A DNA stretch of 64,000 bases from an uncultured Pseudomonadales bacterium. GTDB taxonomy: Bacteria; Patescibacteriota; Microgenomatia; UBA1400; Chazhemtobacteraceae. The translations under genes were made by a program, and so were the position numbers. Shown one piece after another: positions 1-9,411 of this stretch. The notes under the pieces are model-generated. The model made no database searches, was not told the DNA's origin, and saw nothing but the letters and a program-made list of their open reading frames with translations. Position 1 is the first letter of the stretch, and each line of letters opens with the position of its first letter. Where the stretch lies: assembly GCA_964422035.1 (NCBI GenBank), contig CAYQZQ010000001.1, positions 515,025-579,024 on the forward strand. The letters are read 5' to 3'.

Positions 1-667
1 TGTGATGTCTATATAACCAATCATCGATGATCCTCTCTGATAGAGAATCACATCGGTGACCATCTTTAGCTTGGTATTGCTTAGCAAAGTGAACTGGATT
101 GGTTTGAAAACCTGCAGCTTGAATAGCTTTGTTCCAGGTACCAAAACCTCGACGAGCTGGCTGATATAAGTGATAAACTTCTCTTTTCATTGGAATACGA
201 CCATGTTTTTGATAAAAGTCTTTAATACCATCTAAGGCTTTTTTTCTAAAATGTGCTTGAGATTTGCGACTATTCATACCAAAACATTTCATGGAGCAGT
301 ATTTCTTGTATTTGGTACTGACCTTGTTGTGACATTTTTTATATTTACATATTGGCAAATTCTTAGTCTTGGCTGACTGGTATTTTTTAGTTTTAACTAC
401 GCGAGTTTTGTTGGTAACAGTAGCAGCGCAACTGTGAGAACAGAAGACATTTCCTGATGGCTCTACTTTGGAAGGCATGCGGGTAATTTTTTGGTCACAC
501 TCCGGATTTGAGCAAACATAAGTTTTGCTTTTTCTATGGAAGCTGTCTTGACATTTTTTGGAACAGTAATTCCTCCAACCCTTGCTTTGATTCTCTCTAA
601 CTCTGAAAAGAGGTTTTGAATATATCTGGCCGCAGTAATCACAAGTCACTTTTGTAGTAGGTCGCAT
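1..667 (-). CDS. Zn-finger repeat / homing-endonuclease-associated repeat protein with probable C-terminal nuclease domain (runs off window start)
   Basis: Not in ORF track. Manual translation from ATG at 667: MRPTTKVTCDYCGQ...YCSKKC...CSNPEC...FCSHSC...YCSMKC...RGFGTWNKAIQAAG...KDGHRCDSLSERIIDDWLYRHH, in frame to the window edge. Confidence 0.7.
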   Translation of the reverse strand, partial: MRPTTKVTCDYCGQIYSKPLFRVRENQSKGWRNYCSKKCQDSFHRKSKTYVCSNPECDQKITRMPSKVEPSGNVFCSHSCAATVTNKTRVVKTKKYQSAKTKNLPICKYKKCHNKVSTKYKKYCSMKCFGMNSRKSQAHFRKKALDGIKDFYQKHGRIPMKREVYHLYQPARRGFGTWNKAIQAAGFQTNPVHFAKQYQAKDGHRCDSLSERIIDDWLYRHH

Positions 668-731
668 GTTTTGAACTTAAAAATAGTAAAAATAAACTGT
701 CTATGTGATAAAATGTGATCTGTTGATAATT

Positions 732-802
732 CGGGCTGTAGTATAGTGGCAGTACAGGCCCCCGGGGCGGGTCAGGTTCCGGTTCAATTCCGGACAGCCC
801 GA
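732..802 (+). tRNA. tRNA-Pro(GGG), CCA not encoded
   Basis: Acceptor CGGGCTG/CAGCCCG + A73; anticodon arm GGCCC-CCGGGGC-GGGTC; T arm TCCGG-TTCAATT-CCGGA; C1:G72 and A73 are bacterial Pro identity elements; upstream extended -10 TGATAAAAT. Confidence 0.9.
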
Positions 803-875
803 CTGTTTTTACTGTACATCGGTCTTTTTTCAATCTTCTATTTCTCATTTTTGTTGACCGGTGTATAATTAATAA

Positions 876-932
876 CATCATCAGGAGGGAAAGTCTGGCC
901 GGGTTAGTCCGGCCAGCTACACCTCCTTTTTT
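876..932 (+). ncRNA. Putative small structured RNA antisense to the 3' end of the NYN gene (or bidirectional terminator)
   Basis: TATAAT at 864-869; nested stems AGGAGG(883-888)/CCTCCT(922-927) and CTGGCCGG(895-902)/CCGGCCAG(909-916), followed by a T tract. Confidence 0.4.
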
Positions 933-1408
933 AATTTGTTTTTTAAGGGTGTGATAAATTCCAGATAAGGGTATAGATCGGAGTACAGTCGAGAATAAGC
1001 ACGACGATTGGGGATTAAGATCTTGGCTAGTTTGTTATTGCCAGCCAGATGATGAGCGAGGCAGTAAAAATCACCGTCACCAGTAACTATGACTGCTTGG
1101 TGATATTGCTGATAGTTGATTAGGGAGTGTAGAACCAGCTCGGCGTCAACATTGCCTTTGATCTTGGTAGTTCCGTTTTGTTTGATCTTGTAGGTGGGTT
1201 TGAAGATAAGATGAAAGCCAGCTTTTTTTAAGGATTGATATAAGCTTTGAAACTCTTTGACAAAGCCGATGAACAGATAGGCCTGATGAATGTTGTACTT
1301 ATCCTTAAGATAGGTGCGGAAGCGGAAAAAGTCTAGCGTCCAACCCTGGCTTTTGACACCACGATAAAGATTCTGACTGTCTATGAAAGCGTAGTTAATC
1401 TTGTCCAT
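917..1408 (-). CDS. NYN domain (LabA/DUF88, PIN-like) nuclease
   Basis: Motifs AFIDSQNL, KGNVDAELV, VTGDGDF. Confidence 0.9.
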   Translation of the reverse strand: MDKINYAFIDSQNLYRGVKSQGWTLDFFRFRTYLKDKYNIHQAYLFIGFVKEFQSLYQSLKKAGFHLIFKPTYKIKQNGTTKIKGNVDAELVLHSLINYQQYHQAVIVTGDGDFYCLAHHLAGNNKLAKILIPNRRAYSRLYSDLYPYLEFITPLKNKLKKEV

Positions 1409-1475
1409 TTCTCTTCTTCAATCAAATTTCTCTTACTCAACCTACTTTTAGATTAACCCGAAGTTAACCCTAATG

Positions 1476-1874
1476 TCAAGACTCAGTTTTGGAGGGAATA
1501 AAGTTAACCATCAGAGTTCTCTCTCGGGGGCCTGAAAACTCAAGTAAAACAATTTCTTGCCAGGTGCCCAGTTGTAGTTGGCCATTTTTTACTGGCACAG
1601 ATAAGTTGGGCCCTATCAGGGAAGCTAAGAAGTGATCTGGAAAGTGATCGGGGTCATGTGGGTGGTTAAAATCAAGATCAGGAATAAGTTTGTTAAAAAC
1701 TTTAAGGTAGTCTTGGTCAGTACCAGGATCCAGATCAGCGGTGGTAATGGCAGCGGTGGTGTGAGTAACAAAAAGATGAACTACCCCGTCTTGTGAAGGG
1801 AGTTTGCCTTCTATCTTATTGGTAATGTTAAGTACTTCCCGAGACTGGCTGGTGGCAATTTCTAGAGTCTTCAT
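1476..1874 (-). CDS. yjbQ: YjbQ/UPF0047 family protein
   Basis: HTTAAIT, HPHDPDH, LQLGTWQEIVLLEFSGPRER. Confidence 0.85.
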   Translation of the reverse strand: MKTLEIATSQSREVLNITNKIEGKLPSQDGVVHLFVTHTTAAITTADLDPGTDQDYLKVFNKLIPDLDFNHPHDPDHFPDHFLASLIGPNLSVPVKNGQLQLGTWQEIVLLEFSGPRERTLMVNFIPSKTES

Positions 1875-2632
1875 TCTAGCTTGTCTACTTGTTTTTTGAT
1901 TAATCGTCGATAGGCGCAGTGCTCACAATCAGGATCGGCGTTAGGGATAGTATCAGAGTCTAATGTTTTTTTGGCTTCCATCAAAGCGGGCTCAACCCAG
2001 GAATCATCACCCTGATGAGAGATGATCTGAAGTTCAAATTCCAGTTTGCCGTCAAAGACTCTGTCTCCTTTTAAGCCATTAGCATAGACAAAGTAACCGA
2101 TATCAGAGACCTCAAAGTCTTTTTGGCGAAAGATCCATTGATATAGCTCTATTTGTTTTTTGTAACCCTGCTTGTATTTATCATCTAGACTGATCTCTTT
2201 GGTGGTAGAGGTGGATTTGTAGTCAACCATGTGTAGTTCTCCGCTTGAGTTTTCCCAGACATCATCGATGATGCCGCAGACTTCAAGATTGGTTGGCTCA
2301 TGCAAGACACAAGCACCTTTGTATTGATAGTAGTCGTCACGCCAGTCGGGCAGATCGGGATGTTGGAAAGGAACGGCGTCGATGTTGTATTTTTTCATTA
2401 AGACGTGAGGTTGTTGCTTTTCTCTAAGTAGATCAAACTCGTTTTTTAACAGGTGATCAACGGCGGAGTTTAAAGCCCAGCCGGGCATACTGGGCCGATC
2501 AAACCCTAGTCTTCTGTCTAGATAGAAGCAGCGGGGGCAGTCTAGGAAGCGCTCTAAACGAAAGCGGGAAAGGCGAAAGGGGTGAGAGTCGTTAGGATCA
2601 TAAAGATTTCTGGAACGCTTTTTGTAAGCCAT
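1871..2632 (-). CDS. PD-(D/E)XK (RecB/Cas4-like) nuclease with Cys cluster
   Basis: CPRCF at N-term, GIIDD...VDYKST, Q(I)ELY, C-terminal CEHCAY; start moved to ATG 2632 because TATACT lies 6 nt upstream. Confidence 0.8.
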   Translation of the reverse strand: MAYKKRSRNLYDPNDSHPFRLSRFRLERFLDCPRCFYLDRRLGFDRPSMPGWALNSAVDHLLKNEFDLLREKQQPHVLMKKYNIDAVPFQHPDLPDWRDDYYQYKGACVLHEPTNLEVCGIIDDVWENSSGELHMVDYKSTSTTKEISLDDKYKQGYKKQIELYQWIFRQKDFEVSDIGYFVYANGLKGDRVFDGKLEFELQIISHQGDDSWVEPALMEAKKTLDSDTIPNADPDCEHCAYRRLIKKQVDKLE

Positions 2633-2742
2633 GTATTTAGTATACAATCTGTGAACTTAAGACCTTTAAATTATGTGTTAACCGATCATAATTTAGCCGG
2701 TCTTTGAGGAAGTTTTTGCTTTATAAGGTAAGATGAAAAAAG

Positions 2743-3426
2743 ATGCAGATAAAGAAAGCTTTTGAAAAATTGACTCCCAAGGGACTGGCAATAATTCTAG
2801 GTGTCTTTTTGGTTCCATCAATCGTTTTAAATTTCTATCTACACAAACAAAGTCAGGTCTGGCGGCAGGATATTAAGGTAGAGGGAGTAATTGATGGGGA
2901 CACCTTGGTTTTGGACGGCAAAGTAAGATTAAGACTGCGACATGCAGACGCCCCGGAACTTGAGTACTGCGGAGGGGAAGAAGCTAAACAACTATTAAGC
3001 CAGCTGGTGGAAGGGGAAAGAGTGCGGATAAGAGAGAGAATATTGGACCAGAGAGGCAGACCGCTAGCACTGGTTTATGTGGGAGATACATTAGTTAACC
3101 AGGAAATGATAGAGAGTGGCTGGGCGCGGTATCATCATGACACCTCGGACATAAAAGAACTGTTAAAAGAGGCCGGAAGCAAAGCCAAGGAAGAAAAGAG
3201 AGGTATATACGGAAAGTGCTGGGAGCAGGAGGAGAACAGTCAAAATGCAGAATGTAATATCAAGGGTAATATTGACAAAAATAACTCATCGATCAAGCGC
3301 TATTACCTGCCACATTGTGCCCATTACAAATTCACTATTATCGAAAAAGACAGAGGTGAGCAGTGGTTTTGCACTGAAGATCAAGCCCAAAAGGCAGGAT
3401 ATGTGAAAGCCAAGAGTTGTCATTAG
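2743..3426 (+). CDS. Membrane-anchored thermonuclease (SNase) with C-terminal CNIKGNI...WFC domain
   Basis: N-terminal TM; VIDGDT, RLRHADAPE, DQRGRPLA, GIYG motifs. Confidence 0.88.
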   Translation: MQIKKAFEKLTPKGLAIILGVFLVPSIVLNFYLHKQSQVWRQDIKVEGVIDGDTLVLDGKVRLRLRHADAPELEYCGGEEAKQLLSQLVEGERVRIRERILDQRGRPLALVYVGDTLVNQEMIESGWARYHHDTSDIKELLKEAGSKAKEEKRGIYGKCWEQEENSQNAECNIKGNIDKNNSSIKRYYLPHCAHYKFTIIEKDRGEQWFCTEDQAQKAGYVKAKSCH

Positions 3427-3454
3427 CAGGTATCACTTTAAACAGGATAATATC

Positions 3455-3961
3455 TTAATTGAGGGTTTTTAAAACTAGATCGGTTGTTTGTTTTAGATCT
3501 TTTTTGGTAGTGTTGATGATTTTTTCGTCTTCTACTTGGCCGGGATCGGCATTTTTATACCATTTTTTCATCTGTTTGGATGAAATCGATTGACCTTTCT
3601 TTCTTTGCTTGTTTCTTTGGAGAGCAGTTTTTTGAGAGACTTCGAGAAAGACAAGGTCTATTTTTTTATCATTTTGATGACAGTATTTTCTAAGTTTGGT
3701 AAATAACTGACCGTTCTCGGCAACTGGTAAGATGCCTTCCAGGATAACCAGATAATTATTCTCAAGATATTTTTGGATAGCAAAGTTAAGAATCTGATTA
3801 ACCAAAAGTTTGTTATCCTCTCCAGGGACGACTTGCCAATAAAAGTAATCGGGTGATAGGACAGCTACTTTGGTAGGCAACAGTTTTTGCTGAATTGATT
3901 TGGCAACAGCTGATTTACCAGATCCAGGCCGACCACGTAATATTAATAGCTTTGATTTCAT
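3455..3961 (-). CDS. P-loop kinase (AAA_33-like)
   Basis: Walker A GRPGSGKS; ALQRN lid motif. Confidence 0.75.
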   Translation of the reverse strand: MKSKLLILRGRPGSGKSAVAKSIQQKLLPTKVAVLSPDYFYWQVVPGEDNKLLVNQILNFAIQKYLENNYLVILEGILPVAENGQLFTKLRKYCHQNDKKIDLVFLEVSQKTALQRNKQRKKGQSISSKQMKKWYKNADPGQVEDEKIINTTKKDLKQTTDLVLKTLN

Positions 3962-4075
3962 ACTTATATCTTATCTTAAAAGATAGACAGTGATATTTTA
4001 GGATAGTTAAGAACACCATTGGTGCATTTGCCAAAAATAAGTAATTCTTATCAGACTAGACGATATAATTAGGAT

Positions 4076-4861
4076 ATGCAATTAAATACCTATAGAGATG
4101 CAGCAGTGGCTGGTCTGACCCAGGTGACGAATTATCGCAGTGAGGTTTGGGTTGGTTTTTTAAGTAAATTTTTTTCTTTGGGTGGAATAATTTTGCTTTG
4201 GATTGTTATATCTAAAGGGTCTTCTGAAGGATACAGTCTAAATTTTATAATTCCTTATTTTCTGATAGCCACTGCAAGCTCTGATTTAACAGATGCTGTT
4301 TCAACTCGTTTTACTCGCGTACTCAATGATGAGATCAAGGAAGGTACTTTAAGTTCTCATTTGCTACGACCGGTTAATCCGGCCTTGTTTCTTTATTCGC
4401 GTTTTTGGGGCAGACGCGGAGTAGTGGTGGCGACTTCTCTTCTGGCTATTCTTGGAAGTCTATTTTTTATCCCTGATTTGTCGGCAAAAAATATTTTATT
4501 TTATTTTATCTGTCTGATACTGGCCACACTGGTTTCTTTCTCGATCAATCTTTTTGTAGGAAGCTTGACTTTCTGGACGACGGAGGCGGATCACTTGCAA
4601 AACGTGGCTTCCCATATCATAAGAGTTTTTTCGGGAATTTTGATCCCGCTTTCATTTTTCCCTCTACTTTGGAAGAGAATTGTTTTTCTTTCCCCCTTGC
4701 CAGTTCTGGCTTATTTACCGGCAACTTTACTCCAGACAGGAGATTTTTCATCTTTGAGAGTACCTATCTTGGCTGCTTTTTTGTGGGCTTTGGTGCTACC
4801 CCTTTTGACTTTTAAGTTTTGGCAATTAGGAATAAGGCGCTATGAATCGGTGGGAATTTAA
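4076..4861 (+). CDS. ABC-2 family (DUF990-like) permease
   Basis: Six TM segments; EIKEGTLSSHLLRP motif. Confidence 0.85.
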   Translation: MQLNTYRDAAVAGLTQVTNYRSEVWVGFLSKFFSLGGIILLWIVISKGSSEGYSLNFIIPYFLIATASSDLTDAVSTRFTRVLNDEIKEGTLSSHLLRPVNPALFLYSRFWGRRGVVVATSLLAILGSLFFIPDLSAKNILFYFICLILATLVSFSINLFVGSLTFWTTEADHLQNVASHIIRVFSGILIPLSFFPLLWKRIVFLSPLPVLAYLPATLLQTGDFSSLRVPILAAFLWALVLPLLTFKFWQLGIRRYESVGI

Positions 4862-5669
4862 AGAAGCTATTAAGCTTCGCTTCAAAATCAGCAAAGCCAT
4901 TTTGGCTTTTAATACCAAGCAAGCTCTGGCTTATGCATACAACAACTGGGGCGGAATGGCTTCCACGGTTACTTATATGATCACCTACTTGGCATTTTTA
5001 TCGATTATTTATGCCCGAGTGAAGAGCATCGCCGGTTACAGTTATGCCGATATGTTGATGTTCACCCTGGTGGGACAGATAAGTTTTTATACCAATTGGT
5101 TTTGGAGTTTGAACGGGATTCAGCAGATGGTAAGAGATGTTAACTCGGGACGGTTAGATTTGATTTTGAGCAAACCGCTGCCGGCTTTATGGTTTGTAAC
5201 CTTTCAGAAAGCCAATCTACCCAGTATTCTGTTTCAAAGTGTGCCGGCAATGATTCCCTTGTTAGTTTTGATAGCTAAACACGCCAGTTACCTTCCCAGC
5301 TTGAGAGCACTGTTTCTGGCCACTGTTTGTTTTATCTTGGGGGTTATTTTAATCCACTGTTTTACTTTCATCTTGGGACTGACGGTATTTTGGACCGGAC
5401 AGAATAGGGCAATGATTAATTTAGGTTATCAGTTGAGTTATTTTGGCGATACTATACCCTTTGAAGCTTATCCAAAGTCTATTGTTTGGCTGGGTCTGAC
5501 GATTGTACCCTTTTTGGCTCATATTGCTTTAACCAGCTCGTATCTGCTGGGCAAGACGGAATCTTTGAACTATCTGTTGATCGTTTTAGTAGCAGTTATT
5601 ATCTTTTTGGCTGCTAAAATTAGGCTGTGGCGGGTGGCTTTACGTCGCTACGCTTCAGCTTCATCTTAA
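4842..5669 (+). CDS. ABC-2 family (DUF990-like) permease
   Basis: Multi-TM; VNSGRLDLILSKP; C-terminal LRRYASASS. Confidence 0.85.
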   Translation: MNRWEFKEAIKLRFKISKAILAFNTKQALAYAYNNWGGMASTVTYMITYLAFLSIIYARVKSIAGYSYADMLMFTLVGQISFYTNWFWSLNGIQQMVRDVNSGRLDLILSKPLPALWFVTFQKANLPSILFQSVPAMIPLLVLIAKHASYLPSLRALFLATVCFILGVILIHCFTFILGLTVFWTGQNRAMINLGYQLSYFGDTIPFEAYPKSIVWLGLTIVPFLAHIALTSSYLLGKTESLNYLLIVLVAVIIFLAAKIRLWRVALRRYASASS

Positions 5670-5683
5670 TAAATAAAAAATCT

Positions 5684-6685
5684 ATGTCTAAAATAAATAC
5701 TCTAGCTGTTGAAATCAGTGGACTAACCAAAGAGTACAAGGTACCGGTGAAGGAGAATTTCTTAAAGGATATTTTTGTACCCAACTTTGAATATTTTAGG
5801 GCAGTGACTGATCTATCATTTACCATCCAAGAGGGGGAGTCGGTGGCTTTGTTGGGACCCAACGGGGCGGGCAAGACTACTACTTTGAAGATGTTGACAG
5901 GCCTGCTATATCCCACCAAAGGAAAGATGGAAGTCTTGGGCTATACACCGACTAAACGACGATATTCGTTTCTGCGTCAGATCGCCTTGGTGATGGGGAA
6001 TAAGTCCGGGCTGTCTTGGGATCTTTCAGCCCAGCAGAGCTATGAGTTGTTTAAAACCATCTACCAGATTCCCCGGGAGAAGTATGAACAAACCGTAGAG
6101 GAGTTAACTTCTTTACTGGAGGTTGGAGAGTATCTTAATACTCCGATTAGAAATCTTTCATTGGGCCAGCGGTTAAAGTTTGAGCTTATTGGAGCTATTT
6201 TGCATTCTCCTAAATTGCTTTTTCTAGATGAGCCTACCATTGGACTGGATGTGATCAGTAAACGCAAGATAAGAGATTTTCTAAGATACTTGCATCAAGA
6301 AGAGCAGACGACCATACTCTTAACCTCGCATGAGATAGCCGACATTCAGAAAGTGTCAGACCGGGTGCTGGTGATAAACCAAGGCCAACTGGTTTATGAT
6401 GACTCTTTATCCAAGCTGGAACACTTGCATGAGGACAGAAAGTATTTGTCGGTAACTTTGAAGCAGAAAATAGATGAGGGAGAGCTTGGCAAAGTGGGCA
6501 AGATTGGAAATATTATAAAGTCAAGCGAGTATACCCAGACTATTGAGATTAAAAGAGAGGACCAGTCCAGAGCAGTCTCTTATTTGACAGAGAACTTTGA
6601 AGTAGATGATATTGATATCCAGCCGGTACCCTTGGATGAGATCATTGAGGATTTGTTTATTAAGACCAGAAAATCAATCGATTAA
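5684..6685 (+). CDS. ABC transporter ATP-binding protein
   Basis: GPNGAGKTT, LSLGQR, LFLDEPT, SH switch; start placed at MSKIN. Confidence 0.92.
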   Translation: MSKINTLAVEISGLTKEYKVPVKENFLKDIFVPNFEYFRAVTDLSFTIQEGESVALLGPNGAGKTTTLKMLTGLLYPTKGKMEVLGYTPTKRRYSFLRQIALVMGNKSGLSWDLSAQQSYELFKTIYQIPREKYEQTVEELTSLLEVGEYLNTPIRNLSLGQRLKFELIGAILHSPKLLFLDEPTIGLDVISKRKIRDFLRYLHQEEQTTILLTSHEIADIQKVSDRVLVINQGQLVYDDSLSKLEHLHEDRKYLSVTLKQKIDEGELGKVGKIGNIIKSSEYTQTIEIKREDQSRAVSYLTENFEVDDIDIQPVPLDEIIEDLFIKTRKSID

Positions 6686-6732
6686 AAGAAATTTCAGGTC
6701 CGTTTTTAAATTATCTATTATCCGACCCGAAG

Positions 6733-7923
6733 CTAGTCAGTATAGAAGATGCGATAAACTGCTCCTGAGGCATCATCAGAGACTAACAGAGAGCCATCAG
6801 ACATGGAAGTGATATCAACGGGCCTACCCCAAGATGAACCATCCTCTTTGAGCCACCCGGAAGCAAAGACTTGATAGTTGGAAGCTTGATCATCTTTAAT
6901 ATCAACCGTGGTTATTCGATAACCTATTGGAGTACTTCTATTCCAGGAACCATGTTCGGCGATAAAGACTTTGTCTTGATACGAACTGGGAAATAAATCA
7001 TGCTCATAAAAGCTTATCCCCAAAGCAGCTACGTGAGGACCAAGTTCTTGTTGAGGATCTTGGTATTGATCACAGTCAACATCTTCACCAAAATCAGGGT
7101 CTGAAATGTCAGAGCCGTGGCAGTAAGGGAAGCCGAAGTGCTGACCTATTGATGAAAGTTTATTTAACTCATCAGGAGGCTTATTGTCCCCTAACCAATC
7201 ACGACCGTTGTCGGTAAACCAAAGCGTATCAGTATCAGGATGCCAGTCAAAGCCGACGGTGTTTCTAATTCCTTGGGCAACAGTTTCAAAACCGGTGCCG
7301 TCTGGATTAAGTCGATGCAGGGCAGCATAAGGGGCATCTGGATCGCAGATATTGCAGGGGGCGCCTATGGGGACATATAACTTATCATCTGGACCAAAGG
7401 CTATGTATTTCCAACCATGGCTGGAATCAGAGGGCAGTTGATCAAAAACCAGCTGGGGCTCTGGATTGTCTGCATAAGTGGTATCGATGTCTGAGTACTT
7501 AGTTATCTTGTTGATCTGGGCGACATACAAGTCGCCATTGTATAGAGCGACTCCGTTGGGACTGTTAAGGGAGGAGTCGACGGTGATAACTTGATCTGCC
7601 ACCATATCATCATCTTCATCTACTAAAGCATAGACGTTGCCCTGATCACGAGAACCCACATAGACGATACCGTTTTGACTAATTACCAGAGAGCGAGCAC
7701 CGGGGACATCTTGAGCATAGTAGTGGATTTGGAAACCCTCAGGAAGAGAAATACCTGAAACTTGAGGGAGGTTTTGTTGATTTGAGTCTACAGCTTGATC
7801 AGTGGGAGGAGGACTGGTTTTGGGCAGTGAAACTTGGGACCTGAGAGTATAGAGATAATATGCAGCGGCAATTAGAGGCAGGGCTATTAGGGCAAATAAA
7901 AGAATTCTTTTATTTTTCATCAA
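6733..7923 (-). CDS. PQQ-dependent glucose/sorbosone dehydrogenase family beta-propeller
   Basis: N-terminal TM; HGWKYIAFGPD, GAPCNIC, GIRNTVG, DNGRD, HGSWNR, GRPVD. Confidence 0.88.
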   Translation of the reverse strand: MMKNKRILLFALIALPLIAAAYYLYTLRSQVSLPKTSPPPTDQAVDSNQQNLPQVSGISLPEGFQIHYYAQDVPGARSLVISQNGIVYVGSRDQGNVYALVDEDDDMVADQVITVDSSLNSPNGVALYNGDLYVAQINKITKYSDIDTTYADNPEPQLVFDQLPSDSSHGWKYIAFGPDDKLYVPIGAPCNICDPDAPYAALHRLNPDGTGFETVAQGIRNTVGFDWHPDTDTLWFTDNGRDWLGDNKPPDELNKLSSIGQHFGFPYCHGSDISDPDFGEDVDCDQYQDPQQELGPHVAALGISFYEHDLFPSSYQDKVFIAEHGSWNRSTPIGYRITTVDIKDDQASNYQVFASGWLKEDGSSWGRPVDITSMSDGSLLVSDDASGAVYRIFYTD

Positions 7924-8710
7924 GGATTAGAGTTCTGCCTAAAGTTTCTATTTGGGAGATAGCTTTGTTGTAGTAAGCATTTTCGGTCTTGCCTTGAGCA
8001 TTTTTTTTCTTTTGTACTAGTTCTTTTCGTTTTTGATTAATCAGCCAAAGGACTGGATTATTGTCTTTCTCTTTTTTAGCTTGTTGAGAGAAGTCATTGG
8101 CGAGTTCTCTGCTGATCTTGTATTTACCTTGATCGATCTGGTTTTGGACGTATTCTAGAAAATACCTACCGTATTTATCGCCTTTTTTATCTTTTAGTTT
8201 GATAATTTCTTGACCCACTAAGGTGTAGATGAGGTCTTCAACTTTTTGAGGGTCTTGGAGATCTTCTTTGTTAAGCCGAGTAAGAAGAACATCAATGGTA
8301 TCAAGATCAAAGGAGTCGGCATCTTGCTTTATATCAATACTCTGCCCCTCTTTTTGGGCTTTATCTAAAACATCTTTGAATCTTTCTGAGGCTTTAGGAG
8401 CTGGTTGATCTATTTTTGGTTTTTCAGAAGCAGGTTGGTCAGGTTGTCCTTCTACTCTATTTTTGATGGGTTGGGATTGTTGGACAGGTTTTTCTGGTTT
8501 TGGTTTGGGAGGAGTTGGTGAAGGAGAAAACTCTGGAGGTGAGGCAGGTTGAGACAATGAGGAAAGCTCTTGAGGGCCTTTGGACTGAGATTGAAGTTCT
8601 TGTTGATTTTCCGAAGAAGAAGATTGAGAGGGAGTTTCAGATGTTTTTTGGTTTTTAATTCTCTGTACGGATTGCTTTAACTTGTCTTGGTCTAGATCTT
8701 TTAGTTCCAT
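7910..8710 (-). CDS. Hypothetical protein with Pro/Gln/Ser-rich linker
   Basis: 266-aa ORF, extended -10 (TGCTAAACT) 6 nt upstream, overlaps the next gene's start. Confidence 0.6.
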   Translation of the reverse strand: MELKDLDQDKLKQSVQRIKNQKTSETPSQSSSSENQQELQSQSKGPQELSSLSQPASPPEFSPSPTPPKPKPEKPVQQSQPIKNRVEGQPDQPASEKPKIDQPAPKASERFKDVLDKAQKEGQSIDIKQDADSFDLDTIDVLLTRLNKEDLQDPQKVEDLIYTLVGQEIIKLKDKKGDKYGRYFLEYVQNQIDQGKYKISRELANDFSQQAKKEKDNNPVLWLINQKRKELVQKKKNAQGKTENAYYNKAISQIETLGRTLILDEK

Positions 8711-8817
8711 ATTGAAAGTTTAGCATATTAGTATCAGTTGACATTGAAAACATTATTCCAATAGAAAAGAATCTTTTTTAGATTTTTCATGGTGCGTTAA
8801 ACATACATTAAGAAAGG

Positions 8818-9399
8818 TTATTTTTCTCTTTCTAGCCAGGAGATTGCTTTGTCGACAATTTTTTCTTGTTTTCCCTCAAGACTGTTAAGCAATTGAGTGG
8901 AAAATTGATCCCAATGAGGAACTTTATCTTTACATTTGATAGTGGTGACAAGAGCTGATCTTTTAAGCCAAGGGTTGTCTGATTTAGTCCAGGTTAGAAG
9001 AATTTCTTTCTGTGGCCAGTGTTCAATTAGGTAGGGGGTAATTACTTCAGTAGCAAAAGTATCAACCAAAGACCACTCATCAAGATAAGAAGTAACTAGG
9101 CTCTTAATTTGGTGGAGGTTTAGGTTTTCAACTTTTTTAGCGGTATGGGAGAGTAAAAAGATGCCAGCCATTTTATGTTCATATATTGGACTTTGGAAGA
9201 GGCTCTCTGCAGACAGCAGAGGGTTGAATTTTTTTGTTTTATTTTTTAAGTAAAGATGGGCGACGCTTTTTCTAATCTGAGGAATGGGAAGGTCGAGCGT
9301 TTGAAAGTCCTTGCCTAATAAACGAGATCTCTTGGTGACCTTATCCACCTTATCTATTTGAGCAATTTTTTGCTTGATTAAGGGGGCTAAATTTTCCAT
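8818..9399 (-). CDS. DNA alkylation repair (AlkD-like) protein
   Basis: YEHKM, DEWSLVD, WTKSDNPWLKRSA, KAISWLE. Confidence 0.75.
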   Translation of the reverse strand: MENLAPLIKQKIAQIDKVDKVTKRSRLLGKDFQTLDLPIPQIRKSVAHLYLKNKTKKFNPLLSAESLFQSPIYEHKMAGIFLLSHTAKKVENLNLHQIKSLVTSYLDEWSLVDTFATEVITPYLIEHWPQKEILLTWTKSDNPWLKRSALVTTIKCKDKVPHWDQFSTQLLNSLEGKQEKIVDKAISWLEREK

Positions 9400-9411
9400 T
9401 TAATATAATAC

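Noticed and set aside
639-881. 80-aa minus-strand ORF
   Set aside because: It is the antisense reading of the tRNA-Pro gene and its flanks.
875-900. GGAAAGTC (RNase P-like) and minus-strand CTGATGA (hammerhead-like) words
   Set aside because: The remaining conserved elements and helices of either RNA are not present.
1871-2647. Cas4-like gene as sign of CRISPR-Cas
   Set aside because: No repeat-spacer array or other cas genes seen in the window.
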